A DNA stretch of 26,357 nucleotides from a virus. Lineage: Duplodnaviria; Caudoviricetes. Numbering within the stretch: the first letter of the stretch is position 1; the number at the start of each line of letters is the position of its first letter. The notes under the pieces were generated by a model. The model saw only the letters and a list, made by a program, of their open reading frames with translations. It had not been told where the DNA came from and did not search any database. The stretch lies in the IMG/VR virus record IMGVR_UViG_3300020360_000012, positions 1 through 26,357 of that record. The stretch is one strand, 5' to 3'. This document shows, one piece after another, positions 1 to 6,495 of the stretch. The translations under genes were made by a program, and so were the position numbers.

Positions 1-284
1 CTAGCTTCAAGCTGTACATACTCAGACTTCGCATCAGTACATAGTTTGAGTAATGTACTACTAGCCTTAGTGGCACTCAATCCGAGTGTTCTCTGTATCT
101 CTTGATTCATATATTGCTGTACCTTGGGAGTTCGTAGCATCTTACTTGCACTCACCCTTGCTGAATTTCCCTTGTATCCTGCTATCTTTGACGCTTTGGT
201 GATTGTACAACCCGTAGCTACGAGCGTATCTACTAACAGCTTTGCTTTGGGTGATATATCTTTGCTGTCTATTTGTTTGTTCAT
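1..284 (-). CDS. terS: Terminase small subunit (partial, runs off left edge)
   Basis: Not in the ORF track. Hand translation from ATG at 284 gives MNKQIDSKDISPKAKLLVDTLVATGCTITKASKIAGYKGNSARVSASKMLRTPKVQQYMNQEIQRTLGLSATKASSTLLKLCTDAKSEYVQLEA..., open to position 1. The A..AGY....A...AS..L..P.V..Y pattern is typical of the TerS N-terminal HTH, and it is on the same strand as the structural genes. Confidence 0.8.
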   Translation of the reverse strand, partial: MNKQIDSKDISPKAKLLVDTLVATGCTITKASKIAGYKGNSARVSASKMLRTPKVQQYMNQEIQRTLGLSATKASSTLLKLCTDAKSEYVQLEA

Positions 285-375
285 AACAACTAACTCTTCT
301 TATACTAGCTGTTTTTGGATTTGTCAACATACCTAAAAGAGAAATATGGATTACTGCGTAATACATTGTGTTTAT

Positions 376-521
376 GATTTTCATGCAAGGGGGGTACTAT
401 GCTAAGACTAAAACAAAAAATCTTCTTGTCAAGGCAACCTGTAAACAGGGGACTGCGTCCGCCTTGACAACAACATTTTTTCTTTTTGTCAAGCTCCGTT
501 ACCCCCCTTGCAGGGAAAATC
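376..521. repeat. Nested inverted-repeat element with an internal three-way junction
   Basis: Perfect 13-bp IR TGCAAGGGGGGTA (384-396) / TACCCCCCTTGCA (500-512), extended by GATTTTC (376-382) / GAAAATC (515-521). Inside lies a perfect 10-bp IR TTGTCAAGGC (426-435) / GCCTTGACAA (461-470) enclosing hairpins CCTG-TAAA-CAGG (438-449) and GGAC-TGC-GTCC (450-460). Confidence 0.85.
405..432 (-). promoter_or_regulatory. Candidate sigma70-type promoter for terS/late operon
   Basis: Minus-strand TTGACA (432-427), 16-nt spacer, TAGTCT (410-405), pointing toward terS. The -10 is imperfect. Confidence 0.35.
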
Positions 522-566
522 AATGTGAGGAGGGTGATAAATATTAACCTTAATGAAAGTATAAAA

Positions 567-1058
567 ATGACTAAAACAACTAAAACTAAATATAATAAAA
601 TACATTATAAACCAGAAGAACTTGCAAAACTTACTTCTATTATGCAACAACTTGCAGACTTTATTGGTGAACAAACTGTACATTCAGTTGATGATGATAA
701 ATGGAACGTAACAAAATCCATCATGGCTAAAATCGGTAATTCTGTTTGGTCTGTAATTCAGACGCAAAAACAGAGAATCGAAACTTGCTTGAATGTAATG
801 TCCGACCTTGAGTCAAAAGGCATTGACGCAAGAACCAAGACCAACGAGCAAGGGCGTAACGAATACATTACCGAGCAAATGAAAATACCATTGTTCGAGT
901 CTAACATCATTGAGTGCAAAGCCATTGAGCAATTAGTTACGCATTCAGTTGAAGAAGTTATGAATCAAACAATGCTTAGAGGTCAACAACAAACAAAAGC
1001 CGTTGAACCTTTATCTGTTGCAGAAGTCAAGAAAAGATTAGCAAATCTTGATTTCTAA
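567..1058 (+). CDS. Hypothetical early protein (163 aa), stand-alone transcription unit
   Basis: Track ORF 486..1058; ATG at 567 preferded by GAAAG is the more likely start (MTKTTKTK...). Followed by a strong terminator. Helical/coiled-coil composition, no recognised motif. Confidence 0.75.
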   Translation: MTKTTKTKYNKIHYKPEELAKLTSIMQQLADFIGEQTVHSVDDDKWNVTKSIMAKIGNSVWSVIQTQKQRIETCLNVMSDLESKGIDARTKTNEQGRNEYITEQMKIPLFESNIIECKAIEQLVTHSVEEVMNQTMLRGQQQTKAVEPLSVAEVKKRLANLDF

Positions 1059-1084
1059 TTACTCCAACATAACTAAAAGAAAAG

Positions 1085-1109
1085 GGCAACTTCGGTTGCC
1101 TTTTTTTTT
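1085..1109 (+). terminator. Rho-independent terminator
   Basis: GGCAAC-TTCG-GTTGCC stem with a C(UUCG)G tetraloop followed by 9 T, about 25 nt after the stop at 1058. An A-rich run upstream suggests it may be bidirectional. Confidence 0.92.
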
Positions 1110-1125
1110 GCGTCAAAAAAATTTT

Positions 1126-1148
1126 TCGGCGTCGCTCCGCGCCGCCGA
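1126..1148. other. GC-rich hairpin with cGNAg triloop on minus strand
   Basis: TCGGCG-T-CGC-TCC-GCG-C-CGCCGA: 9 bp with one mismatch, in AT-rich context next to T/A tracts. The minus-strand loop reads C-GGA-G. Confidence 0.6.
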
Positions 1149-1179
1149 CTTGCGTGTTGATAATCTTTGTCATAAAACA

Positions 1180-1258
1180 ATGCTATCGTATGACGGCTAA
1201 ATCCTTCCTTAGTCGTCATATGATTGCATATCCATCAGCCCGTCTGGGTGGCAATCAT
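1180..1258 (+). ncRNA. Candidate structured RNA: 21-bp hairpin with pyrimidine loop plus a competing helix
   Basis: 1180-1200 pairs with 1209-1229 (one T-T mismatch, two G-U wobbles that work only on the + strand), loop ATCCTTCC. Alternatively ATGATTGC (1220-1227) pairs perfectly with GCAATCAT (1251-1258). Confidence 0.5.
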
Positions 1259-1279
1259 TTCACTATCATCACTCTATAC

Positions 1280-1308
1280 TTGATATGTGAACAGTACTAC
1301 TATATAAT
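1280..1308 (+). promoter_or_regulatory. sigma70-type early promoter
   Basis: TTGATA (1280-1285), 17 nt, TATAAT (1303-1308), followed by an AAGGA RBS and ATG at 1329. Confidence 0.8.
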
Positions 1309-1328
1309 AACAATGAAAGGATAATGTT

Positions 1329-1679
1329 ATGTCAAAATATCTAAATGAAGATTCTCGTAAACATCATTACGAGAGCACAATACAATCAACTCACCTCAAG
1401 CATATCAATTATATCAATACAATGAGGCAGTACGCAAATGAATATCAAGAAACTATACAACAAAGAGCTGTTGAAATACCTGCACCTATGTTGGAAAGAG
1501 CCATGCGTCACTATAAAAAAGTATTTGATATTACACACGCTATGCTAATAGCAATTGAAAACAATATGTATGATAAAACAGTTTGGGAACAGGGTATGCG
1601 AAGTGTAAACCAATACATAGACAGTATGGAAACAATTGCAAACTATGGAGGTACAAATGGTAAAAATAAAAGTAACTAA
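1329..1679 (+). CDS. Hypothetical protein (116 aa)
   Basis: ORF with AAAGGA RBS directly downstream of the promoter; no recognised motif. Confidence 0.8.
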   Translation: MSKYLNEDSRKHHYESTIQSTHLKHINYINTMRQYANEYQETIQQRAVEIPAPMLERAMRHYKKVFDITHAMLIAIENNMYDKTVWEQGMRSVNQYIDSMETIANYGGTNGKNKSN

Positions 1680-1899
1680 AGAAAGTATTCCGATTATTAC
1701 AAAACAACTTATGAAAGCTATTGAAGAATACCAATCACTTTGGAATTACTCATTGGCATCACGCACAGATAATGTCACAGAAAAAAAACTTCTCACAGCT
1801 TTGCGTGATGTAAAGGCAGGTTGTAAGCTATTGGATATATCTGTTGAACAAGCAATAATAATGTATGAAAATGCACAACACGAAACGGAGCAACCATGA
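1657..1899 (+). CDS. Hypothetical protein (80 aa)
   Basis: Track ORF 1636..1899; GGAGG at 1647-1651 supports ATG 1657 (MVKIKV...). Confidence 0.75.
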   Translation: MVKIKVTKESIPIITKQLMKAIEEYQSLWNYSLASRTDNVTEKKLLTALRDVKAGCKLLDISVEQAIIMYENAQHETEQP

Positions 1900-2051
1900 C
1901 AACTAATGAACGTAAAGAACTACGCACACAAATACAGAATGTAATCACAGCAATGGAAAAAGATATGCAGGTACAAACAAACTCATATACTTTGTACAAA
2001 CACATTGCTTCATTACAATCTATTGACAATTATCTAGAGAATTCAACGTAG
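1896..2051 (+). CDS. Small hypothetical protein (51 aa)
   Basis: Below the track cutoff. MTTNERKELRTQIQNVITAMEKDMQVQTNSYTLYKHIASLQSIDNYLENST*, with an ATGA overlap with the previous stop and a GGAG RBS at 1887-1890. Confidence 0.7.
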   Translation: MTTNERKELRTQIQNVITAMEKDMQVQTNSYTLYKHIASLQSIDNYLENST

Positions 2052-2059
2052 CTTCAATG

Positions 2060-2201
2060 TGCATTTATGTACGTAGATGCAACTGCGAATAGGTTTTTGG
2101 AATTTGTACCTCAAACAAAAACATTTAAACTGTAGCTACATCAATGTAGAGGAGGGCTGTAAAAAGCGTACCATTTAATGTACAAAGATGTAGCTTACAG
2201 C
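2060..2201 (+). ncRNA. Candidate structured leader/ncRNA upstream of the DUF932 gene
   Basis: Imperfect palindrome 2060-2081; hairpin GTTTTTG (2093-2099) / CAAAAAC (2116-2122) with inner TTTG/CAAA; stem CTGTA-GCTACATC (2130-2142) / GATGTAGC-T-TACAG (2187-2200) enclosing two small hairpins. Confidence 0.45.
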
Positions 2202-2231
2202 TATATCAACTAAACTAACAAGGAGATAAAT

Positions 2232-3110
2232 ATGTTAGACATTGTAAACAAAAATGACTATGACTTCCCTGTAGAAATGGTAGAACTTCAAGCCATCAAT
2301 GCAGACGGACTTGGTGCTGAAGATAACTACACAGTACCGAAAGACTTGGCACGTGCTTGTGTGCGTACTGATACCGGACAGGTGCTAGGTATTCACGGCA
2401 GTAAATACAAACCAATCAATCACAATACTGTTGTCAAGACAATTGAATCAAGTGTGGATAAAATGTTAGCAACATTGAACAAGTCTATTGATTCAGAGGA
2501 TATTGATTACAAGGTAAAAGTATATGACAACGGCGCAAAAATGCGAGGGTCATATACTTTCAAGAACCTTGTAATACAACCAAAACTAGATGACATTGTA
2601 GCATTTCGTATCAACTTTTTCAATAGCTATGACCAATCTTGGGCGTTTCAATCTATTGCAGATGGCCTCCGACTTTGGTGCCTCAATGGTTGCACAACAC
2701 CTGCAACAGCTACTAAAGTAAGATACAAACATACAACCAAAGTATCTATTGATTGTGTCAAACAAAAAATGATTGATGGTTTCAATTATTTCAATGACCA
2801 AGAAGGTACATTCAAAATGTATGCACTTACAGATGTACAAGACCATGTAGTTGAAGCATTCTTCAAACACACATTATGTAAAACATTTACACGTAGCACA
2901 TCTTCATTGCCGTGGAATATGTTTCAGTTTGAAGAACTTATGCGTCAGTACGACAAAGAAAAGTCTACACTAGGTAGAAACTTATGGGCTGTATACAATA
3001 CTATGACTCATTGGGCTACCCATGTAGGTAATCACAAGACACAAAAACGCAGAGAAGATGAAGTAGCTAAAGCACTTTCATCACCTAAATCAATCTTTAC
3101 AGGAGTATAA
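2232..3110 (+). CDS. DUF932 (LGT_TIGR03299-like) phage/plasmid protein
   Basis: Motifs RTDTGQVLGIHGSKYKPINH, NSYDQS, LRLWCLNG, RYKHT and NLWAVYNTMTHWATH; strong AAGGAG RBS. Confidence 0.85.
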   Translation: MLDIVNKNDYDFPVEMVELQAINADGLGAEDNYTVPKDLARACVRTDTGQVLGIHGSKYKPINHNTVVKTIESSVDKMLATLNKSIDSEDIDYKVKVYDNGAKMRGSYTFKNLVIQPKLDDIVAFRINFFNSYDQSWAFQSIADGLRLWCLNGCTTPATATKVRYKHTTKVSIDCVKQKMIDGFNYFNDQEGTFKMYALTDVQDHVVEAFFKHTLCKTFTRSTSSLPWNMFQFEELMRQYDKEKSTLGRNLWAVYNTMTHWATHVGNHKTQKRREDEVAKALSSPKSIFTGV

Positions 3111-3111
3111 T

Positions 3112-3342
3112 ATGAGTCAAAAGCAACAAGTCTTAGAACATCTTAAGCTACACAGAAGTATTACACCAATCGAAGCACTAAATATGTATGCTTCTTTTAG
3201 ATTAGGTGCTATAATTTTTGAACTACGCAAAGAACATTATATCAATACAATACTTGTAGATGATGTAAACAAATTTGGCAAACCAGTACAGTATGCCAAA
3301 TATATGTATGTCGGCGCAATAGAAAGTAAGGGGAAGAAATGA
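3112..3342 (+). CDS. Winged helix-turn-helix protein (HTH_39-like)
   Basis: SQKQQVLEHLK..RSITPIEALNMYASFRLGAIIFELRK...VAKY-type pattern of small phage wHTH proteins; AGGAG RBS. Confidence 0.8.
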   Translation: MSQKQQVLEHLKLHRSITPIEALNMYASFRLGAIIFELRKEHYINTILVDDVNKFGKPVQYAKYMYVGAIESKGKK

Positions 3343-3845
3343 ACTACAAACAGCTAGTTCAAGAACTAGCACAGGTACGAAAAGACTTACGGCTTTGTAG
3401 CCGTGCTCTATCCGATAGGATAGGCGTGGCGGAATCGTCCGTAAGTCTTTGGGAGTGTGGCAAAAAAGTGCCTAATGCACAACTGCTTATGGATTGGTGT
3501 ACTGCATTAGGTACAACACTTACTATGCTTCACGGCAAGACAACCATTTCAATTGAATATCAACCTTGCCAATACACACTAGATTGGATAACCAAAACTT
3601 ACGGAGAGCACTATGACTATAACCAAGAACGAGAAATCTTTATTGACTATTACAAATCAACTGGAGCAATTAAAAGCGATTGGCACGCTTCCTTCAGAAA
3701 CTGGCTCAGACGAGCACAAAAATTTGCCAATACACGAAAAAATACGGAAAGCAACTTGGTCGTCAGTTCCGAGGGCGTTCAAGAAAGACGTCAACGAATC
3801 TCTAATGTTACTAACATACGACTTAAAACACAAACCAAGGACTGA
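3339..3845 (+). CDS. XRE/Cro-type HTH fused to a DnaT-like replication-initiator domain
   Basis: N-terminal VRKDLRLCSRALSDRIGVAESSVSLWECGKKVP (Cro/C1 HTH); C-terminal FIDYYKSTGAIKSDWHASFRNWLRRA (F.DY.....K.DW.A.FRNW, DnaT-type/phage replisome organiser). Confidence 0.75.
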   Translation: MNYKQLVQELAQVRKDLRLCSRALSDRIGVAESSVSLWECGKKVPNAQLLMDWCTALGTTLTMLHGKTTISIEYQPCQYTLDWITKTYGEHYDYNQEREIFIDYYKSTGAIKSDWHASFRNWLRRAQKFANTRKNTESNLVVSSEGVQERRQRISNVTNIRLKTQTKD

Positions 3846-4230
3846 TGCTATCAGTACAGCGGCGTCGTTTTATCTTGATGATGTCTTACACAAAATCAGA
3901 GCATGGTACAAGGTAATGCAACCGGCTTCAACGAAAACAGTCGGTATGGTGCTAGAAACTATTGCATCAACATTCAGTTGCAATGTACCTAATGAACTTG
4001 GACTAAGTGTTTATATAAAAATACTAAGTCGTTTTCCAGAATTTGTACTGACATATAATACAGAAAAAATTATTGCCAGTGCAAAATGGCGAAGGCTTCC
4101 ATTACCTAAAGAATTTCTTGATGTAATGGAGCCAGATTTTGAACGCCACAAGTTGTGGCTACAAAACTTTCACCAAACCTATTTGTCGTTTGCACAATGG
4201 CGACAAAGACGGTATAATACAACAATATAA
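3613..4230 (+). CDS. Putative helicase loader (G39P/lambda P-like position); start uncertain (3613 or 3805)
   Basis: C-terminal YIKILSRFPEFVL...KWRRLPLPKEF resembles loader/inhibitor proteins that follow phage initiators. GGAG RBS before ATG 3613, none before ATG 3805. Confidence 0.5.
   Translation: MTITKNEKSLLTITNQLEQLKAIGTLPSETGSDEHKNLPIHEKIRKATWSSVPRAFKKDVNESLMLLTYDLKHKPRTDAISTAASFYLDDVLHKIRAWYKVMQPASTKTVGMVLETIASTFSCNVPNELGLSVYIKILSRFPEFVLTYNTEKIIASAKWRRLPLPKEFLDVMEPDFERHKLWLQNFHQTYLSFAQWRQRRYNTTI
4190..4218 (+). promoter_or_regulatory. sigma70-type promoter for the recombination operon, overlapped by an inverted repeat
   Basis: TTGCAC (4190-4195), 17 nt, TATAAT (4213-4218). IR TTTGTCG (4182-4188) / CGACAAA (4201-4207) brackets the -35. 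Confidence 0.65.
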
Positions 4231-4253
4231 TAACAATAAAAGGAGTTAATCTC

Positions 4254-5054
4254 ATGTATAAAAGAAAACACACTATCGGTGGTAGTGATGCCACTAGAAT
4301 TATGAAAGGCGATTGGTACAATTTGTACAATGAAATCAAAGGTTTTCAAAAACCAGAAGACTTGGAATGGAAAGTATCAGTATGTATTGGTCAAGCAACC
4401 GAAGCACTTAATCGTAAATTTTTTGAACATGAAAGTGGTATGCAAGTATCTACATATTATTGGTCTAATGCACAATTTCCAGACAGAGTAGATTGGCGTC
4501 ATGCAAGTTATGATGGCATTTGCTTAACCTCTACAAGAAATTGGGTGCCACTTGAATGTAAGCATACCTACCATACTAACAATATACAAAAAGTTGTAGA
4601 AACATACTATGCACAACTACATCATTATATGCTTGTGTCTGGTATTGACTTTATTTATTTATCTGTATTCTTTGGTAACTTTGAATATCAATATTGCAAA
4701 GTAAGTAAAGATAAAAAGTATATGAATGAACTTATCAAACAAACTGACAAGTTCAAACAGATGTTAGATACAGATACTATTCCATCACGTGATGTAGAAG
4801 AACACAAACATATCAAATCAATTGTACTAGATGACATGATTTCAATTGACTATGACAAAAAGAAAAACAATGAATTTACTTCACTAGCTACAGAATGGTG
4901 TACAACAAAAGATACACATGATTTACATAAAGAATTAGGTAAACAATTAAAAGATATAGTACCTAGTAATTGTAGGTTTGCCTCTGGTTCGGGCCTCCAG
5001 ATAGCCCGAAACAAGGCAAACCATTTGTCAATTCGTAAAATGAAAGGAGCATAA
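4254..5054 (+). CDS. YqaJ/lambda-exonuclease-family viral recombinase nuclease
   Basis: IGGSDA, ASYDG, LECKHT and YYAQLHHYMLVSG motifs; AAGGAG RBS. Confidence 0.9.
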   Translation: MYKRKHTIGGSDATRIMKGDWYNLYNEIKGFQKPEDLEWKVSVCIGQATEALNRKFFEHESGMQVSTYYWSNAQFPDRVDWRHASYDGICLTSTRNWVPLECKHTYHTNNIQKVVETYYAQLHHYMLVSGIDFIYLSVFFGNFEYQYCKVSKDKKYMNELIKQTDKFKQMLDTDTIPSRDVEEHKHIKSIVLDDMISIDYDKKKNNEFTSLATEWCTTKDTHDLHKELGKQLKDIVPSNCRFASGSGLQIARNKANHLSIRKMKGA

Positions 5055-5555
5055 ATGACAAATACAATCAAAACTAATATGGATATTTGGAAAACTTTAG
5101 GTAGAACTAATCCCAAATATACCAAACCATTTCAAAAGTTTGGTGGTAAAACACTTACAACTATTGACCCAATGTATCAGATTATGATGATGACCGATTT
5201 GTTTGGCCCAGTAGGTCAAGGTTGGTCATATCACGTAAACTATACCTACACAGACAAATGTGTATTTGCAGAAGTATCTATTAGATATTGTGTAGCCACA
5301 AAACTAGATAAACAATGGTATAAATATGGCCCGGTATCTTCTGTACAAGCATTATACAAAAAGAATGGTGGGCTTGATGATGAGGCACCAAAGAAAGCAA
5401 TGACAGATGCTATGACTAAAGCATTTAGTCACCTTGGCATGTCAGCAGATGTCTTTCTTGGGTTATTTGATAGCAGTAAATACATTGAAAAAACAAGAGA
5501 ACACTTTGCAGTAATTGATGCAGAAAGGAGAGTATCTAATGGCAAGTCTGAATGA
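5055..5555 (+). CDS. Rad52/Sak-like single-strand annealing protein
   Basis: LTTIDPMYQI...LFGPVGQGWS and DDEAPKKAMTDAMTKAFSHLGMSADVFLG..D.SKY; located between exonuclease and SSB. Confidence 0.82.
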   Translation: MTNTIKTNMDIWKTLGRTNPKYTKPFQKFGGKTLTTIDPMYQIMMMTDLFGPVGQGWSYHVNYTYTDKCVFAEVSIRYCVATKLDKQWYKYGPVSSVQALYKKNGGLDDEAPKKAMTDAMTKAFSHLGMSADVFLGLFDSSKYIEKTREHFAVIDAERRVSNGKSE

Positions 5556-5982
5556 AGTGCAACTTATCGGTAACACGGGTATTGACCCCGATATAAAACA
5601 AACATCTAATGGTAACAAGTATGCAATCTTTACTTTTGCAACTACAGATAAAAGAAAAGACGCACCAGATACAACACAATGGCATAAGGTTGTGTGTTGG
5701 GATGAACGATTAGCTGATACAATTGAGCGTTTTGTCAAGAAAGGTGACAGACTTTATATCAAAGGTAAACTTGTATACAGAACATTCGAACACGAAGGTG
5801 TAGAAAAAGAAAAAGCAGAAGTTCATATGGAAAAATTTTCTAGCAAACTTGTAATGCTTGGAGGTAATGCACCCAAAAAAGTATCTATGATTACTTCAAA
5901 AGAACAAACACGACCATCTGATACAGAAGAAAAAACAGAAGAAAAAGTATACAGAACATTTGAAGATGAGGTACCATACTAA
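5539..5982 (+). CDS. ssb: Single-stranded DNA-binding protein
   Basis: MASLNEVQLIGNTGIDPDIK, TQWHKVVCW, KKGDRLYIKGKL and acidic tail EDEVPY; AGGAG RBS supports start 5539. Confidence 0.95.
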   Translation: MASLNEVQLIGNTGIDPDIKQTSNGNKYAIFTFATTDKRKDAPDTTQWHKVVCWDERLADTIERFVKKGDRLYIKGKLVYRTFEHEGVEKEKAEVHMEKFSSKLVMLGGNAPKKVSMITSKEQTRPSDTEEKTEEKVYRTFEDEVPY

Positions 5983-6194
5983 TGACTAAAAATGAACTCA
6001 AGGTTTTGAAGTTCGTGCGGAACTTCATTGCACAAAATACCTACAGCCCTAGCTATGAGGAAATTGCACAGGGCTGTGGGTACTCTGCAGGTGCAAACGC
6101 TTATAGAATTTGTATGCAACTCGTACAAAAAGGCTACCTTGCTAAAGAACAAGGCAAATGGCGGAACTTGGTGGTAGCTAATGGGAAAATTTAG
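5982..6194 (+). CDS. LexA-type N-terminal DNA-binding-domain protein (no peptidase domain)
   Basis: MTKNELKVLKFVRNFIAQNTYSPSYEEIAQGCG.......ICMQLVQKGYL matches the LexA winged helix pattern; only 70 aa. Confidence 0.8.
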   Translation: MTKNELKVLKFVRNFIAQNTYSPSYEEIAQGCGYSAGANAYRICMQLVQKGYLAKEQGKWRNLVVANGKI

Positions 6195-6495
6195 TAAACG
6201 TAAAGGCTATAGAGTTGAGGCCAAACTTGTCAAAGAACTGAATCGAGGTGGCATTGAATGTCGTAGACAACCTATGTCTGGTGCTATACAAGACTTTCCC
6301 CATGATATAGAAATACGTGAACCAAGAATGACGGTAGAAGTAAAAGCACGAGCAAATGGTGAAGGCTTTAAAACTTTAGAGCGTTGGAAAGGAGGTGCAG
6401 ATATACTAGCACTTCACAAAGACCACGGCACTACGCTTATGTGCCTTGATATTAACTTATTTATTGAATTATTAACAAGAAAGGAAACACAATGA
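6181..6495 (+). CDS. Holliday junction resolvase, Hjc-like PD-(D/E)xK nuclease
   Basis: SKRKGYRVE..LV..L, RRQPMSGA, HDIEI and VEVKAR motifs. Confidence 0.82.
   Translation: MGKFSKRKGYRVEAKLVKELNRGGIECRRQPMSGAIQDFPHDIEIREPRMTVEVKARANGEGFKTLERWKGGADILALHKDHGTTLMCLDINLFIELLTRKETQ

Noticed and set aside
124-523. Track ORFs 124..336(+), 142..384(-) and 305..523(-)
   Set aside because: They overlap the terS frame or the IR element, lack RBS or motifs, and are best explained as shadow ORFs.
4783-4794. Palindrome CATCACGTGATG resembling a second parS
   Set aside because: Only the central TCACGTGA matches; the flanking TGTT/AACA arms are missing.
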